A stretch of DNA of 64,000 bases, from NCBI RefSeq assembly GCF_036321535.1, contig NC_087437.1, positions 68,822,001 through 68,886,000 on the forward strand, written 5' to 3'. Shown here one piece after another: positions 11,955-24,439 of the stretch. Positions within the stretch are counted from its first letter, which is position 1; the number at the start of each line of letters is the position of its first letter. Source of the stretch: Camelus dromedarius. Its lineage: Eukaryota. The notes under the pieces were generated by a model, which was given only the letters and a program-made list of their open reading frames with translations, was not told where the DNA came from and made no database searches. The position numbers and the translations under genes are program-made.

Positions 11955-12685
11955 TTTTTTACCTGTTTAACATAGCAAACCACTTCAAAACATAGTAGCT
12001 TGAAAACAATTTTTTTAGCTCAATATCCTGCCAGTGGGTAATTTAGCTTGGGCTAAACTGAGCTAATCTGGCTGGGCTCAACTAGTTTCACTCATGTGCC
12101 TGAAGTCACTGGGCAATTGCATTGGGGCTGATTGGTCTAGAATGGCCTTTGCTGGAATGGGAGACTGAATAATGCTCCCCATTGCCAAGATGTCCACTTC
12201 CTGGTCCCTGGACCTTGTGAGTGTTTTATTTGATGTGGCAAAAGGGATTTTGCAGGTGTGATTAAGTTGAAGGTCTAAAGGTGGGGGAAGTATCCTGGAG
12301 TATCCAGGTGGGCTCAATGATACCATCACAAGCGTCCTTTAAGCCGGAGGCAGAGGGAGATGCTACTACAGAAGAGAAGGTGATATGATGGCAGAAGCAG
12401 AGGTTGCAGTGATGAACTTTGGAAATAGAGGATGAGCCCATAAGCTCAAGAATATAGTTAGACTCTAAAACTGAAAAAGCCTCTCCTCAGAGCCTTAGGA
12501 GGGAACCAGAATTGCTGATACTTTGATATTAGCTTAGTGAATCTGACTTTGGACTTCTAATCTTCAGATTTATAAGAAAATATATTTATGTTGTTTTAAA
12601 CCACTATATTTGTGGTAATTTGTTACAGCAGCAAAATGAAACTAATACAGCTAAGATAGCCGAAATGGCAGGGGCCCCTCTACAA
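11955..12685 (-). mobile_element. Older MaLR LTR (MLT1F/G/H-like), split by MLT1D
   Basis: CATAGCAAACCACTTCAAAACATAGTAGCTTGAAAACAA...CACTCATGTGCCTGAAGTCA...GGCTGATTGGTCTAGAATGGCCT; resumes at 12650 with GCTAAGATAGCCGAAATGGCAGGGGCC. Confidence 0.65.
12159..12649 (+). mobile_element. MaLR solo LTR, MLT1D-like
   Basis: GAATAATGCTCCCC...AAGATGTCCAC...GGCAAAAGGGATTTTGCAGGTGTGATTAAGTT...CCTGGAGTATCCAGGTGGGCTCAATG...TTTGTGGTAATTTGTTACAGCAGCAAAATGAAACTAATACA. Confidence 0.9.
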
Positions 12686-14659
12686 ATACATGTCTGTCTT
12701 CCCTCCCTCTCTCCCTCCCTTCCTTCCTTCCTTTCTTCCTGCCTGCCTGCCTTCCCTGCTTCTCTCCTCAATGTACATCCCACCCACTAGCCATACTGAA
12801 CTATTAACAAGTCCTAGAGCATTGCCATAAAATCTGGAAACACAGATAGGAGAGTTTTTTTTTTATTATTTATATTTACTTCTGAACACTCTGGCTTTTT
12901 TATGAGATATGTTAAATATGAAGATTTATTCAATGAAAAATCAGAGGTGTAATTCAACTAAGGCAATGAATCAAGATGCATATGCAAAGATTGACGGGAA
13001 TCCTTCGTTAATGCGCTGTATTCACTGCACTTTTGAACAGCCGTTTTAACTGCACCATTAACAAGGAGTATCACATTGAAAATACCATGTGACTTTTTGA
13101 ATATGTTGTGTATTTTAATGTAATATTAATAATTCATTTGTAAACATTTATATGTATATTCATCTATGTTTATAGACATCATAGACACCATGTATCATTC
13201 CCATGATGTTTCACACCTTCATGCTTCTCTGTGTGAGATGCCCTATCCTCTCTTGATGGCTTTACTATATTCTAATTTTCCTTCAATACTTGGATCAAAC
13301 ATTGATTTCTTTATGAAATATTTCCTTATCACTCAATCTCAGTGGTTGCAATGCCATCAAATCTCCTCCTCATTTCCTTGACCTTTTGAATTTCAGCAAG
13401 TAGAAAATGAAATGTATTATCTGAAGGATTAATAGCACATCATACATACATTAAGCAAAATTTGACTTCAGCATCACAGATGCTAATATCAGGGAAGGTA
13501 GAAACAAGTCTAGTGGGGGATAAGTAAACAGAAAATCTAGTCGTCTGAGAGTTAATTGGCCCACAAAAGGCAGATAAGCTTCTCTCAGATAATAGAGAAT
13601 TGCAGAAGTTAAATTATGTCCTTGAGAGAAGCACTCAGTCAAGTCCATCAGCTGGTTAAAAATAAACCTGGAGATGTCATCACTGTAAATTTATTTTTTA
13701 TCTAAGAGCTTTCCTTTCCCATTTAAAATCATTCTCAAATCTTACATTTTCTGTGAAGTCTTCATCTAGTAAAATGCATCTCTGTTCAATGTTCACAATT
13801 GTCTGTACTTTACCCATTTTTTTTCTCATTTTTTCATAAGCATTTGGGGCAGAGACCTACTTTATCTGTATGATATATTCATACAGTGCGGGGTGCATTC
13901 ACCAAGCTTCATATATAATCATAATAACAATAATCTGTATTACAAATGACAGATACAGAATTGCTATTCCAGACCTCAGAATCTCAAATCAGAATAAATA
14001 GAGCTCTATGCATTTCATTAAAGCATTTCTCCCAAATTAGGTATGTGGAACATAGATAACAATCTGCCTATTTCTGCAATGATTTTTTTCATTGAATATA
14101 CGTCTAGCAATTTCTAATACACGCTCACACAAACTTAGTTTGCTTTTAGTAAATAAAGTCAGATGTTTTATAAAAACAGTGAATTAGTTTTATGGTACAT
14201 CAGCTTGATAGAATATTACATAGCCATTAAAATGATGAATGTGTAGACTATTCGGATACATGGAAAACAATGTACTGTGAGAAAAGTAATACACAGTGTG
14301 ATGATACGATCATCTCCATTGTGTGCATTGTTTGTTAAACATAAAGCTTGGAAGAGGCCACAGAGCAGTATAAGTAGCTGTTTTCTTAGGAAGATACATT
14401 TTTTACATATTTGATTTTTTAAAGCAAGAGCATTTGAGCAGTATTTATTGAAATAAACTTGAAACTTCCCAGACATATAGGTTCTTATAATTTATGTTAT
14501 GTCAATAAAAATAAAAAGAGAAGTTTAAAGGCAGTTTCTCATCTGTAAAATGAGAGCATTGGTTAAAATCATCTCTGGGCTTCCTCTGATCATTCAAGAT
14601 AAGTCATTCATGACAAATTTTACCAAAAAGAAGGTTTTCCTTTTTATTTTCATGACTGC

Positions 14660-14920
14660 AAGAGGCAATTACAAACACTGTCTTTGGAGTCAGATGGCTT
14701 GTTTTAAATCATCCCTCCACCTCCAAAGATGCATTGAATATCAGATCTGGGACAAGTGGCTCACCCTTCTTTAATCCTGGTTTCCTCACCCATAAAGTGA
14801 AGGTAATAAAGTTTTACCCTATAATATCATAGAGAGGATTAAATGAGAAAAAGCACATAAAGTTGAATGCTTTGCTCAAAACCTGTTACATATTAGTCTT
14901 TCAGTAAAAGTAGTTATCCA
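14660..14920 (+). mobile_element. MIR SINE
   Basis: CTTTGGAGTCAGATGGCTTG...GGACAAGTGGCTCACCCTTC...GTTTCCTCACCCATAAAGTG...GAGAGGATTAAATGAGA. Confidence 0.75.
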
Positions 14921-16956
14921 CACATATCTTGAAGCCCATGCGTTATTTACCAGTCATTTTTTTTTCCCAAGAAAAGCCAATGAATATCCCTAAGAATAAT
15001 ACTCTGCAAAATTTAAGCCATTCTAGATGAAATCTCAATCAACAGGGAGTTTCTTTTAAGTCTTTAAAAGAGACGATTTCACATATTCAAACTTAATGCA
15101 TAATGAAAGCAGGTTTTTACATGATGCCTGTAGTAGGTGACCTTTCTGCTGATGGGGCTTTGTGATAGAGGTGAAGGTATCCTGAGAACTCATTGAATGT
15201 CTTGTGAATTGATTCTTTTTGGTAAAAGGCACTGGAATTTGGGACTAAAAGTCTTCAGCACTAGAGGAAATGTCAGTCATAGTGCATTCAATAGTTAAAT
15301 ATTTGAATGGATCATCTATGAGGTTTGTCACCTTATTCTCCATCCTTCTTCGATAGAGTACATCTGAAATACCAAGCCTACGCTTTGAGTGTGTCTTATG
15401 TCCCCATCCTGACTGTAAGGTTTACTATGAGGATGCAGTGAAGGAAAACAAACAGGTACTCAAAAGATGGTTAAAATATGGTCAGATTTCCACATAATTA
15501 TATGTCATGCATCTGTCTTAGCCTCATTGTATATGTTTAGAAAAATCCTCCGACTTACTAAAAGGGTGCAATTAAAGGCTTTTTTGAAACCAGGTAAAAA
15601 AAAGATTTTTTTTCTCATCTTTATTATAAAGGTATGCAACTCTCTCTTACAAGGAAATATTTAACTTACACTTACCTCAGTAAGACCCAGTCAGAGAACA
15701 GGCAAGTATTCTGAGAGGGAAGCTTTGTCTCTCTAGAATTGGCATTCTCAAATATGTGAGGATGGATTTGAAAGACTATAAAAGTTGTATAGGAATTAAT
15801 AACTTTGGTTTATTAAGTAATGAGGGTTTTACCTAGGGAGAACATTAGGTTCAAACTAGCCAATGCTAGAACTAGCTCCTTAAAGCTTATAATGAATTTA
15901 AGACAAAGGAAAAGCTGTCTGTGGCTTTCCTAATCTGCCCCCTCTCTTCGGGCTAGGTCACTGCTGTCTCTTCATCTCCCATAATTCACTGTATTATAAC
16001 AGTCTGTCTTCAGATCACCGCATGGATTCTTTGAGATTAAGGATCAAGGATTGATTACTTTTCTTTGTTCACCTAGCATCTAGTTCCTAGGACACTAACT
16101 AGCCATAAACATTTGACTGCCTCAAAAGGTAGAAAAGTCAAAATTGTATTTAGGTTCAAAATATGATTTATCTGTAGTGGCTTCAGAAGAGACCATTGGG
16201 TTCAGAGGTTAGTGGCTGTTAGGACTACCACCATGATTTGTAAGAAACCAACTTTTATACTTTTGCCAGAAGCTGTACTGGGCTGAATAGTATATTTTTG
16301 TGTCCATGGACCCTTTTTTTGATCGATGGCTTTAAATAATGGTTTAGACTGATTTTGAATGGCTTGCAATATCTGGGCAGTGCACAGCATTTATCTAGCT
16401 TGCACACTAATTAGCAATGACTTAATTTTTCTGGACCTCAAGTCCATCACCTAGAAAGTGAGGCCCCAGGACTAGATTGTCTTCATGATAGGATGTCGCT
16501 CTCTTTGTTTTTACCTGATAATCACTGGTTAGATTTTTAGGGCCATGTGCTGTTTTTTATAACAGTAGTGTCCCTTCTCCTCTACATCATAACACCCTGA
16601 CTTCAGTATCCCACTCAAAACAAAAGTAGGGAGTAAAGAAACAAACTGTTTTCTAAACTCAGTACTAAAATAACAGGGCAAGGCTGAAAATAAGTAGCCA
16701 AGAAAATTGCTTTTTGTGCTTGTGTAATTTTTTTTTCAAGTTTGCCTATTGTAACTCTTTTTTATTTTAAGGAAAATGTCATCAAAGTGGATGGCTTTCT
16801 GTTTCCTGTTGGCTGCCTTTTTTTCCTTTTCCTTCCATCTTGTTCCAGAAACTGTGCATTGAAAGCAATTTAGCAGATGTAACTAATGAAGGGTCGTGTA
16901 TGTGCACGTGACTCACCACTATTTTATGACCAGGAATTGATCTATATTTCTTCTAG

Positions 16957-17186
16957 ACATTTCTCTTGGATTACTGTAGAGCTGGATCGCTCTGTATTGT
17001 ACTAGTTTTCCCATGTGTGAAACGGACAGGACAGATCGTACATGTCTTTGAGCGCTGCTGTGATGCATGCCACGGATACTTGTCTAACATATCAGTATCC
17101 CTTGGCAGAAGCACGGCAAGGCGCAGTGATGGTCGCACTGCCAAAGTGTGTCCCTGTGCCTGATTTGCCTTTAACAGCTGGGGAAG
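16957..17186 (+). other. Candidate internal exon (non-coding, 5'UTR or short ORF) with predicted RNA structure
   Basis: Acceptor TATATTTCTTCTAG|A at 16956/57 and donor GAAG|GTAATT at 17186/87; unique sequence with 8 CpGs in about 150 nt; nested inverted repeats. No transcript evidence available. Confidence 0.45.
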
Positions 17187-18084
17187 GTAATTCTGGACTG
17201 CTTTGCTATGGACAGATGGACATCATTTTTCTTACTTTACTTGAGCTAGACTGCCCCCTTGGGAACTGTTTCTTTCTCTGTGAAAATCCCCAAACCTCAG
17301 ACCTCATCACTGATAACAAAATAAGCAAGAAAACAAAAAGGGTTTAATTAAAAAAATAAAACCAATGTTATCTTATCAAAGTGAGCAGATTATATCACTT
17401 GGCAATGTTACCTATCAAAACAAAATGTAAAGAATGGGTTGTGCACATTTACTACCATGTCATGAACACAGTCTGATTGCCTTATTTGAGATGTGGGGAA
17501 CAACTAATTGAATGTTAGCAGCCCCGTGTTCCAGCAGGGTCGACATTATAGAGCAAATCAGGTTTTCCAGTCATCTGGTTCAGTCCAATTTTGTCACCAC
17601 TTAGTGAGCACGGTGTTTCATAGGATTCTGGAAGTATATAAAAATGAATGACATGGTTTCCATTCTTTAACTTTCATAAATACTACTTGATGTATGACAT
17701 ACCAGAAACAGTCTCATTTAGAATATCGGGATCTTTCAGGAACATTGGAAAAAGGGAAGCCATAACTTGTACTCTTCCTATCTTAATACAAATGGAAAAT
17801 CTTGGTAGAAGTGCTTATAAAACATGAGGACTTAAGATACAGAGCAATTTAAGGGAATGCATTTTTGAATCAGATTTACCAAGGTCAAATTCTTTTAATT
17901 ATTTTCCCAGGTAACTTTGGATAAGTTACTTAATTTCTTGAAACTTTACTTTTCATTTGTGTATAAAATTCCATTTAGTGGCTCAAAATTGGTTGAATAT
18001 TCACAAGTTAATGTAAGACTCAGCCTTTTAAAAAGAACGTGTAAAGGGTGGTGGGGAAAACGTGATTGAATGCCCAGTATTGAG

Positions 18085-18400
18085 TACTTGCTGCTGCTGG
18101 CACTGCTGTTGCTTCTGTTACCAGCCCCATCACTAGCACCACTACCGCTAGTACTACCATTACCACTACTAGTACTACTACCACTGTCACTACTAGTGCC
18201 ACCACCACCACCACTGCTACCACCACCACCACCATGACTACCACCACCGCCGCCGCTACTACTGCAATACTGCAGTACTACTGTTACTACTGCCGCCAGC
18301 AACCATCAGCACTGCTACCACTGCAATGTCTACTCCTTGTTGTCTCCATGATTATCATATTACCAATCACTGTTCTTGTCATCATCATCATCATCATTGA
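18085..18400. repeat. Compound period-3 microsatellite (CTG/CTA/CCA/CCG/CAT)
   Basis: Directly visible; produces the Gly/Ser-rich and poly-Val minus-strand ORFs. Confidence 0.9.
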
Positions 18401-19889
18401 CATTAAGTGAGATGAACTAATGAGTTTCTCAAATATGAGAGAAGACATATTTCTTAAATTCCTCTGAACACTTCGAAAGTTTTGTTTTTTTTTTTTTTTT
18501 TTTTTTTAGCATCTTCAACTTTATAGAGCAATATCAGTGTAGGTCAGGGAAGAAATTCAAGGCAGAGACTACCTATGTGAGACTTCTAGTGATCTAAAAC
18601 TTATTTTGTTTTAAAATTAGTACCAACAGTGAAAGTCAAATACAAACAAGGGATGGAAACCGAAAGATCATTCGAGGTAATTCAAGGAATAGAGAGATTT
18701 AGGTCAAGTAGAAATAAAGGGAAGAGAGACCATCCAACAAATAAAATGTGAGTGTTTGGGAAGAAAAAAGTGGCAAAGCAAGGTACTCATTCCCTTAAAA
18801 GGACAGAGGTAAATGAAAGCGATTTATTTTTTAATGAAATAACAGGTGGCATAGATCCTATTTGCAGTTCTTCTTGGAACATATTACCTATGTTGAATTC
18901 ATGCTAAAATTTTTCTCCTAAGGGGCGGCCAATAAAGTAACAATAACCTCCACCTAGGTCCTAAGCCTGAATTTACTGCTAAAGATATGAGTGGCCATGA
19001 CTAAAACCCCAAATCCTGCTGTATGTAAGATCCTATGATGATACTCAAAATGCAACATTACTCAACTGCTTTCCAATTTAAACATGTGACTCATATTTTT
19101 ATTAATCAGAAGATAGAAAAGAGTACCTTGAATGCTGCTAAATATCAATTTAGAAACAGTCTGTTTCAAGTGAATGTTTAAGATTCCAAGACAAAAATTT
19201 GGGAAAGGATATACTCATTGGAAGGGAGATGAGAACATACTTTAAAGGTTAAGAATGTATAACATGTTGTATTGTATTCTAACTGCCTTCTGAGGCCCAA
19301 TATGGGCCATAGTTGACTATATTAAATACAAACACTTTCTCAAACCCAAGAGGATTTTGATTACAAGACAGTGACCTGATATTGTTCTGGGCTACAAAGT
19401 AGTTTCAAATCTATTGTGAGGTCCCAGTGTTTAATGGTTGGGATGGAGGGTGGAGTGCAGAAGTGGTACTGTGTGATGTGTGAGGGTATATCTGTATCTG
19501 TGTGATGGGGTAAACTATGAGGAAATTCTTTTTTAGACCTTAATACCAGGTCTTTTCATTGTCTTCCCTGCTTTTTTCCTAAGGTATCTGAGAATGTGTG
19601 CTAGTCATTTTTATGTTGGAGGTGGGGGTGGGGAGAGAAGTATCCTGGAAGCCAATTGGTTAGAAAAAATTTTAACATCTTTAAAAGCACAATCAAAGAA
19701 CTAATCAGTGTTACCTTGAGTCTCCATAAGCATATTAAACAGTGTGTGCTACTAATTTCCTGTACAGGAGGCTAGCTGTACCTCTAAAGAAGTAACTTGC
19801 CCACCTCACAGCTCGTTCTAATCTTGCTTAAAGAAAAGGTGCATCATTCTCTTTCTACATTTAGCTTAACAGCCTTCCCTTTTTCCTCT

Positions 19890-20450
19890 TTATTTTAATT
19901 TCTTTTTGCTTCACAATAACTCATACATATAGTTTGAAAATTCAAATAAATCTGCAAGCCTAATGATGAAAAATAGCATTGTATCTTTTCCCCAAAATCC
20001 TTCCACTTACCTTCCCCAGAGGTGACAACATTCAAAACCTTTAACTGTGTGATTTTGTAATTATCTCTGTCTCTAAATGACATGTTTATACTACTATTTG
20101 TTTTTTCAGTTTCTTATATTATTTATTGACCCCCTACTCTTGGCAATGATTCAGGTCACACACACTTTTCCTTCTTTTCTTACAGGCATAACATAATTTG
20201 GGGTTAGATCAATAGTCACTGCATTGATGCCCTGTGTTTGCGTAATGTTGACTGTGTAGCCAATCACTATCAAGCCACATAGTCTGTTTACATTTCATTT
20301 TCTATGTTGGCCTATTGTAAAGGCCCTTTCTAGGGTTCTGTGGTGCACATCAGCTTCCTTCTCTTTTTCTGTTGATAGAGTCTGTTCCAATTTTCTCCCA
20401 CCTGCTGAATAACTTACCATTCTTTTCTCTACTTTCTAACTTCAAATACT
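19890..20450 (-). mobile_element. Old L1M 3' fragment
   Basis: CCTTCCACTTACCTTCCCCAGAGGTGACAACATTCAAAACC and T-rich flanks typical of reverse L1ME 3' UTR. Confidence 0.45.
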
Positions 20451-21009
20451 ATTACTCTCACTAATAATAATTGCTAATATTTATTTTTATTATGTTCAAA
20501 TTTATTAATTTAATAAGACATGTTAATAATAGTCATCTGTATAATTGCTAGTTATTCAATATGTTATTAATTTATTAATATAATTAATGATTAATAACTA
20601 TAGCTATTATTTACTGTGCTTTATTACACCATACTTTTTGTCCTGGTGTCTTTTGTTAAAATGATTTTTATCACTTTACTCTTGTTACATGGTTTTTAGA
20701 ACAGAGATAGCTACATGGATTTTATATCCCATATTTAAACATAAACGCCATGTCTTTCTATGTCAGTTTTTCAATCCTACACGTGTTATTCTCTAGTTCA
20801 GGTGCTGTGCTTTGATTTCTGTTTACTCCATAAAGAATGGCAGAGTGAGTGCCTCGAGCATGTTTGCTAACCATATACAGTTAGTTGGTAAGCTAATATA
20901 ATGATTTTTGTAGCTAATGAAAGTGAAAAACCATGCAAAAAGTAGTTATTAAATTAAGATAAAAAGTATACTATACATCATGATTTGAAAATTAGGGGGA
21001 AAAGCAATT

Positions 21010-21200
21010 GTTTCTATTTATTTGGCATTAACTACATGGTAGGTAACTATATTCGACACTTTATATAATAATCTTGTTTAATTCTTGTAATGACTTGGCA
21101 ATGCAGTAAATTTTTTATATAGATGAGAAAACTGAGATTTAAAAAAGTAACTTACCCAATAGCAGAAGTAGTTAAAATCCAAACCTAGGAAAGCAAAGGC
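21010..21200 (-). mobile_element. MIR SINE
   Basis: ATTTATTTGGCATTAACTAC...TTTAATTCTTGTAATGAC...TAGATGAGAAAACTGAGATTTAAAAAAGTAACTTACCCAA. Confidence 0.7.
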
Positions 21201-21229
21201 AAGGTTTTATTATTTGTTGCTAGAGAAAG

Positions 21230-21765
21230 TGTATATTGATATGCCTATGGAATAAATGAGGCAATGTTTATTAATGTTAGAAATTTATGTAATTGTTGAC
21301 TTAGAAATTAAATTTTTGAAAATGTATCCTACAAATCTAGATGTGCCCATAAAAAGTGATATAATATCATTTGTTATTACAACACTTGACAACCATACTA
21401 TAGCATATCATGCAGCTGAGAAAAACAGAAATGCTCTTTATGTAGTAATATGAAAGGATCTCTTGTTAAATTAAAAAAAAAAAACAAGATGTATAGGACA
21501 ACAGGAACAGATGGGGTTAGAACACTATTTTTACATTTGTGTTGACACAGGGATATGAACATACTGAAATGCAATTATATTTCCTTGGGTGAACTCTAGC
21601 AAGATACTTAAGAAATTAACAATAATGGACACCTTTAGGTGGTGGGGGTTGAGAAGAGATTAGATGGGTGACAGGTGTAGAAAAGTGACTTACAGAATGT
21701 AGCTTTTTATATGTAAAAAAAATTCACCACATGAATATATTCTGTATTCAAAATATATTAAAGAC
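21230..21765 (+). mobile_element. Old L1ME-like 3' fragment
   Basis: TTGACTTAGAAATTAAATTTTTGAAAATGTATCCTACA...GATCTCTTGTTAAATTAAAAAAAAAAAACAAGATG...CATGAATATATTCTGTATTCAAAA. Confidence 0.5.
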
Positions 21766-24439
21766 ATTTTTCCAGTTTTTGATAATTTATGTTAATGTTT
21801 TCACATGCAAACAATAACTTACGGTGTCATACAAAGAAATGCCAAGAGTATATGGGCATGCCTGAAGATATAGGTAAGTCAGGTATTTTTAAAAATTATT
21901 TCTGCATGTCATTGATATTGAAGTGCTTTAGGAAGACTTTGGGAAATCCCAGCAAGTGAAGAAAGCAGGTGATTAACCTGAATCGGGAAGTGGGTGTTAG
22001 GAATAGTACTTCTATAATAAGTCTGCCGACATCAGTGCTACACTCATGGCATGTTTAGGCACACCTGGGTGAACTTCAGTTGTCTAGCAGAGAAAGAATC
22101 CCAAAACCAGCTCCTACGTAGCTAGCATAGGGCCAATTTAAAGTGTTCCTCACCCCATCAGCTAAGATTTAAAGCTGCCATGATTGAATAGAGTGACCAT
22201 GTGCATGTGCAAAACTTGGGGTTTCTTGGACAGATGAGGTGGAACAGCAGACACATCAAACTGCGAAGTAGGTATGTCCTCCATCCTGACGTTTCTTATC
22301 TATGTTTTGATCACCCTGTCTATTGGCATCTCTTGGCCTCTCTCAGATGAATTTTTCTGGAGTATCAGACCTACTTTCTCACGGTTCACAAATGGGGTTT
22401 CTTAAAAAATCTGAAACTCAAGATTGCAGAAAATCTATAAGCATTCAAACAGATTTTTCACGTACTTAGTCTCCTACAGTAGAACATACAGCACGAGAGG
22501 TAGTGTGCTATTATTTTCACTATGACTATTGACAAATGTAATATTGATTCCAGGTTGTGCTTCACAGTGATTCTTTGAAACCTTTTGATTTCTATGTTAG
22601 AGTTTTGATTTTGTAAAAAAATTTCCTGCCTATGAGATTTATTCATTTTTAGATTACCTTGAACAAGACTGCATTTATGACTGAAAATGCGATGATATAA
22701 ATCCTTAGGTGTTCTTATTCTTACACAGGCTACTTTCCCTTCCATGTAATTAAAGAGAAATACAGTGGAGCAGAACCATGTGTACAATTTTTCTTAGGTT
22801 GTCCAGACTTTAGTATCTAACTTCTTATAAAGTGGAATTTCAGATTTCGTTTACTCCTCACTGCAACAAACATATCTTTTAAAATGTATTACAGTTAGGG
22901 AGGCATAATGTTTAAAGATATTTAGTAAGCCCTTCAGGAAGCTCTCTGCTACTTCAGTCCTAGGGATATGATGGTATCTTACGGGCACAAATAGTTTCAG
23001 TGCCTAGATACCTGTCTAGACGTCCATTCTTTCCTCTCATAAGAAAACCAGATTGTATTCCTTCAACCATGAATGTACTTTATGGATGTGTTGATTTCAA
23101 CTTTACAAGAATTCGGCTGCCTATTTTAGAACATAGCCACTACCAAAGAAGCGATTGCATTACATACAAAGAATGTGACATCTTGACAGATTAAGGCTTG
23201 TTATCGGAGACCATGAGCCAAATGACCTACCCATCATTGGTGGGCATCTATGTCCCAAGATGGCAACTTGTTGCTAGCATCATAATTCAACCACTTTGTG
23301 TCATCTGGTGTTTTAAGGCATATAAAAGCAATTAAAAGAAACATAAATTTTTTCCCAGTATTTTGTGGACATATGTGTTTTATAGATTTGTTGAAAAATA
23401 TTACACAAAGGCATTGCCTCAGAAAATAAACTACATATTAAAATAATGAAAACTTTCTATCGTAAGTACTATATGGCATCTTTTTATGACTGACAGATGA
23501 AACTCTATAGTGTATGAACTTTGATGCAGCTGCAGTTAACATCCCATGCTGATGGGATTCCACACTAAAGACCAAAGAAAGGAAAGCTAATATACACACA
23601 TATATTTTACATACAAATCATTTAGTTCTTTAATTTTACTGTACCTAGATTTTTGCCAAGCTATTTGTAATTATGTGTCCTAGTTGATTGGTTTTCACTG
23701 AAATTTTTCTGATCAAGGGCAGATGCTGCTTGGTTTTACGTGCTGATTTGAAAGTGCAGCTTGCAGTACAATCTGATCTTCCCCTGGAAACAGTGTCCAC
23801 TGTGAAAGGATGATTATTGCTTTGTCAGCTATTCAGACTCTCCTGAAAACAGTTGTTATGGGAAGAGGAGTGGGTGGAAGATGAATAGACTCAGAGGAAC
23901 TCTTCAAGGAAAAGGTTGAAGCAATTTTTCGTGAGAAAGGGGGGAAATGATTACAAAGAAATTCTTTATGGAAAAGATCAATAACCAGAAAATTACCCTT
24001 TGAACTTACCGTTGTGGGAAATCTATTTAATAACAACATTTTCTCTCTAAAAGACTAATTTTTAAATTGACTCATATTGGCTAGGGCAACTTTTTCACAC
24101 AGGTAAAAAGAAGCCCACAAACATCACTCCAAAAAGAGGGGAGAACGATGGTTTTCTTGCTTTTAGGAAAAAAAAAATACATATATATATGCACCTTACA
24201 GGAAAAAATTAAATCATATTTACCACATTCAGAAATGGTTAAGGTTTAATCATATTCTGTATGTTTATATTCATATAAGTGAATGAAAGATGAATTAAGG
24301 AGATCTGAAGTAGATAAAAATAAAAAGTGTAGTGAAAAGTCACTATACACCACTTACATTTAATATTGAGTTAAGAAATCTAGCAGTACTGTAGTTATCA
24401 GGGAATACATTTTTGACCATTTCAAGCATTTAAATTTTT

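Noticed and set aside
17060..17112. SECIS-like reading (GUGA...AA...GA) of the long hairpin
   Set aside because: The helix does not stack directly on the putative quartet, the spacing to the AA is too long, and there is no selenoprotein 3'UTR context.
17119..17135. IRE-like CAGUGA loop
   Set aside because: The flanking bases do not form the required 5-bp upper stem; CAGUG pairs with downstream CACUG instead.
17890..17916. Second AG|GT recursive-like site (TTTTCCCAG|GTAACT)
   Set aside because: Lies in degenerate MIR-like sequence, with an interrupted pyrimidine tract and a weaker donor.
17946..18302. 118-aa Gly/Ser-rich ORF and overlapping poly-Val ORF
   Set aside because: Both arise from the trinucleotide microsatellite; non-ATG starts and no exon context.
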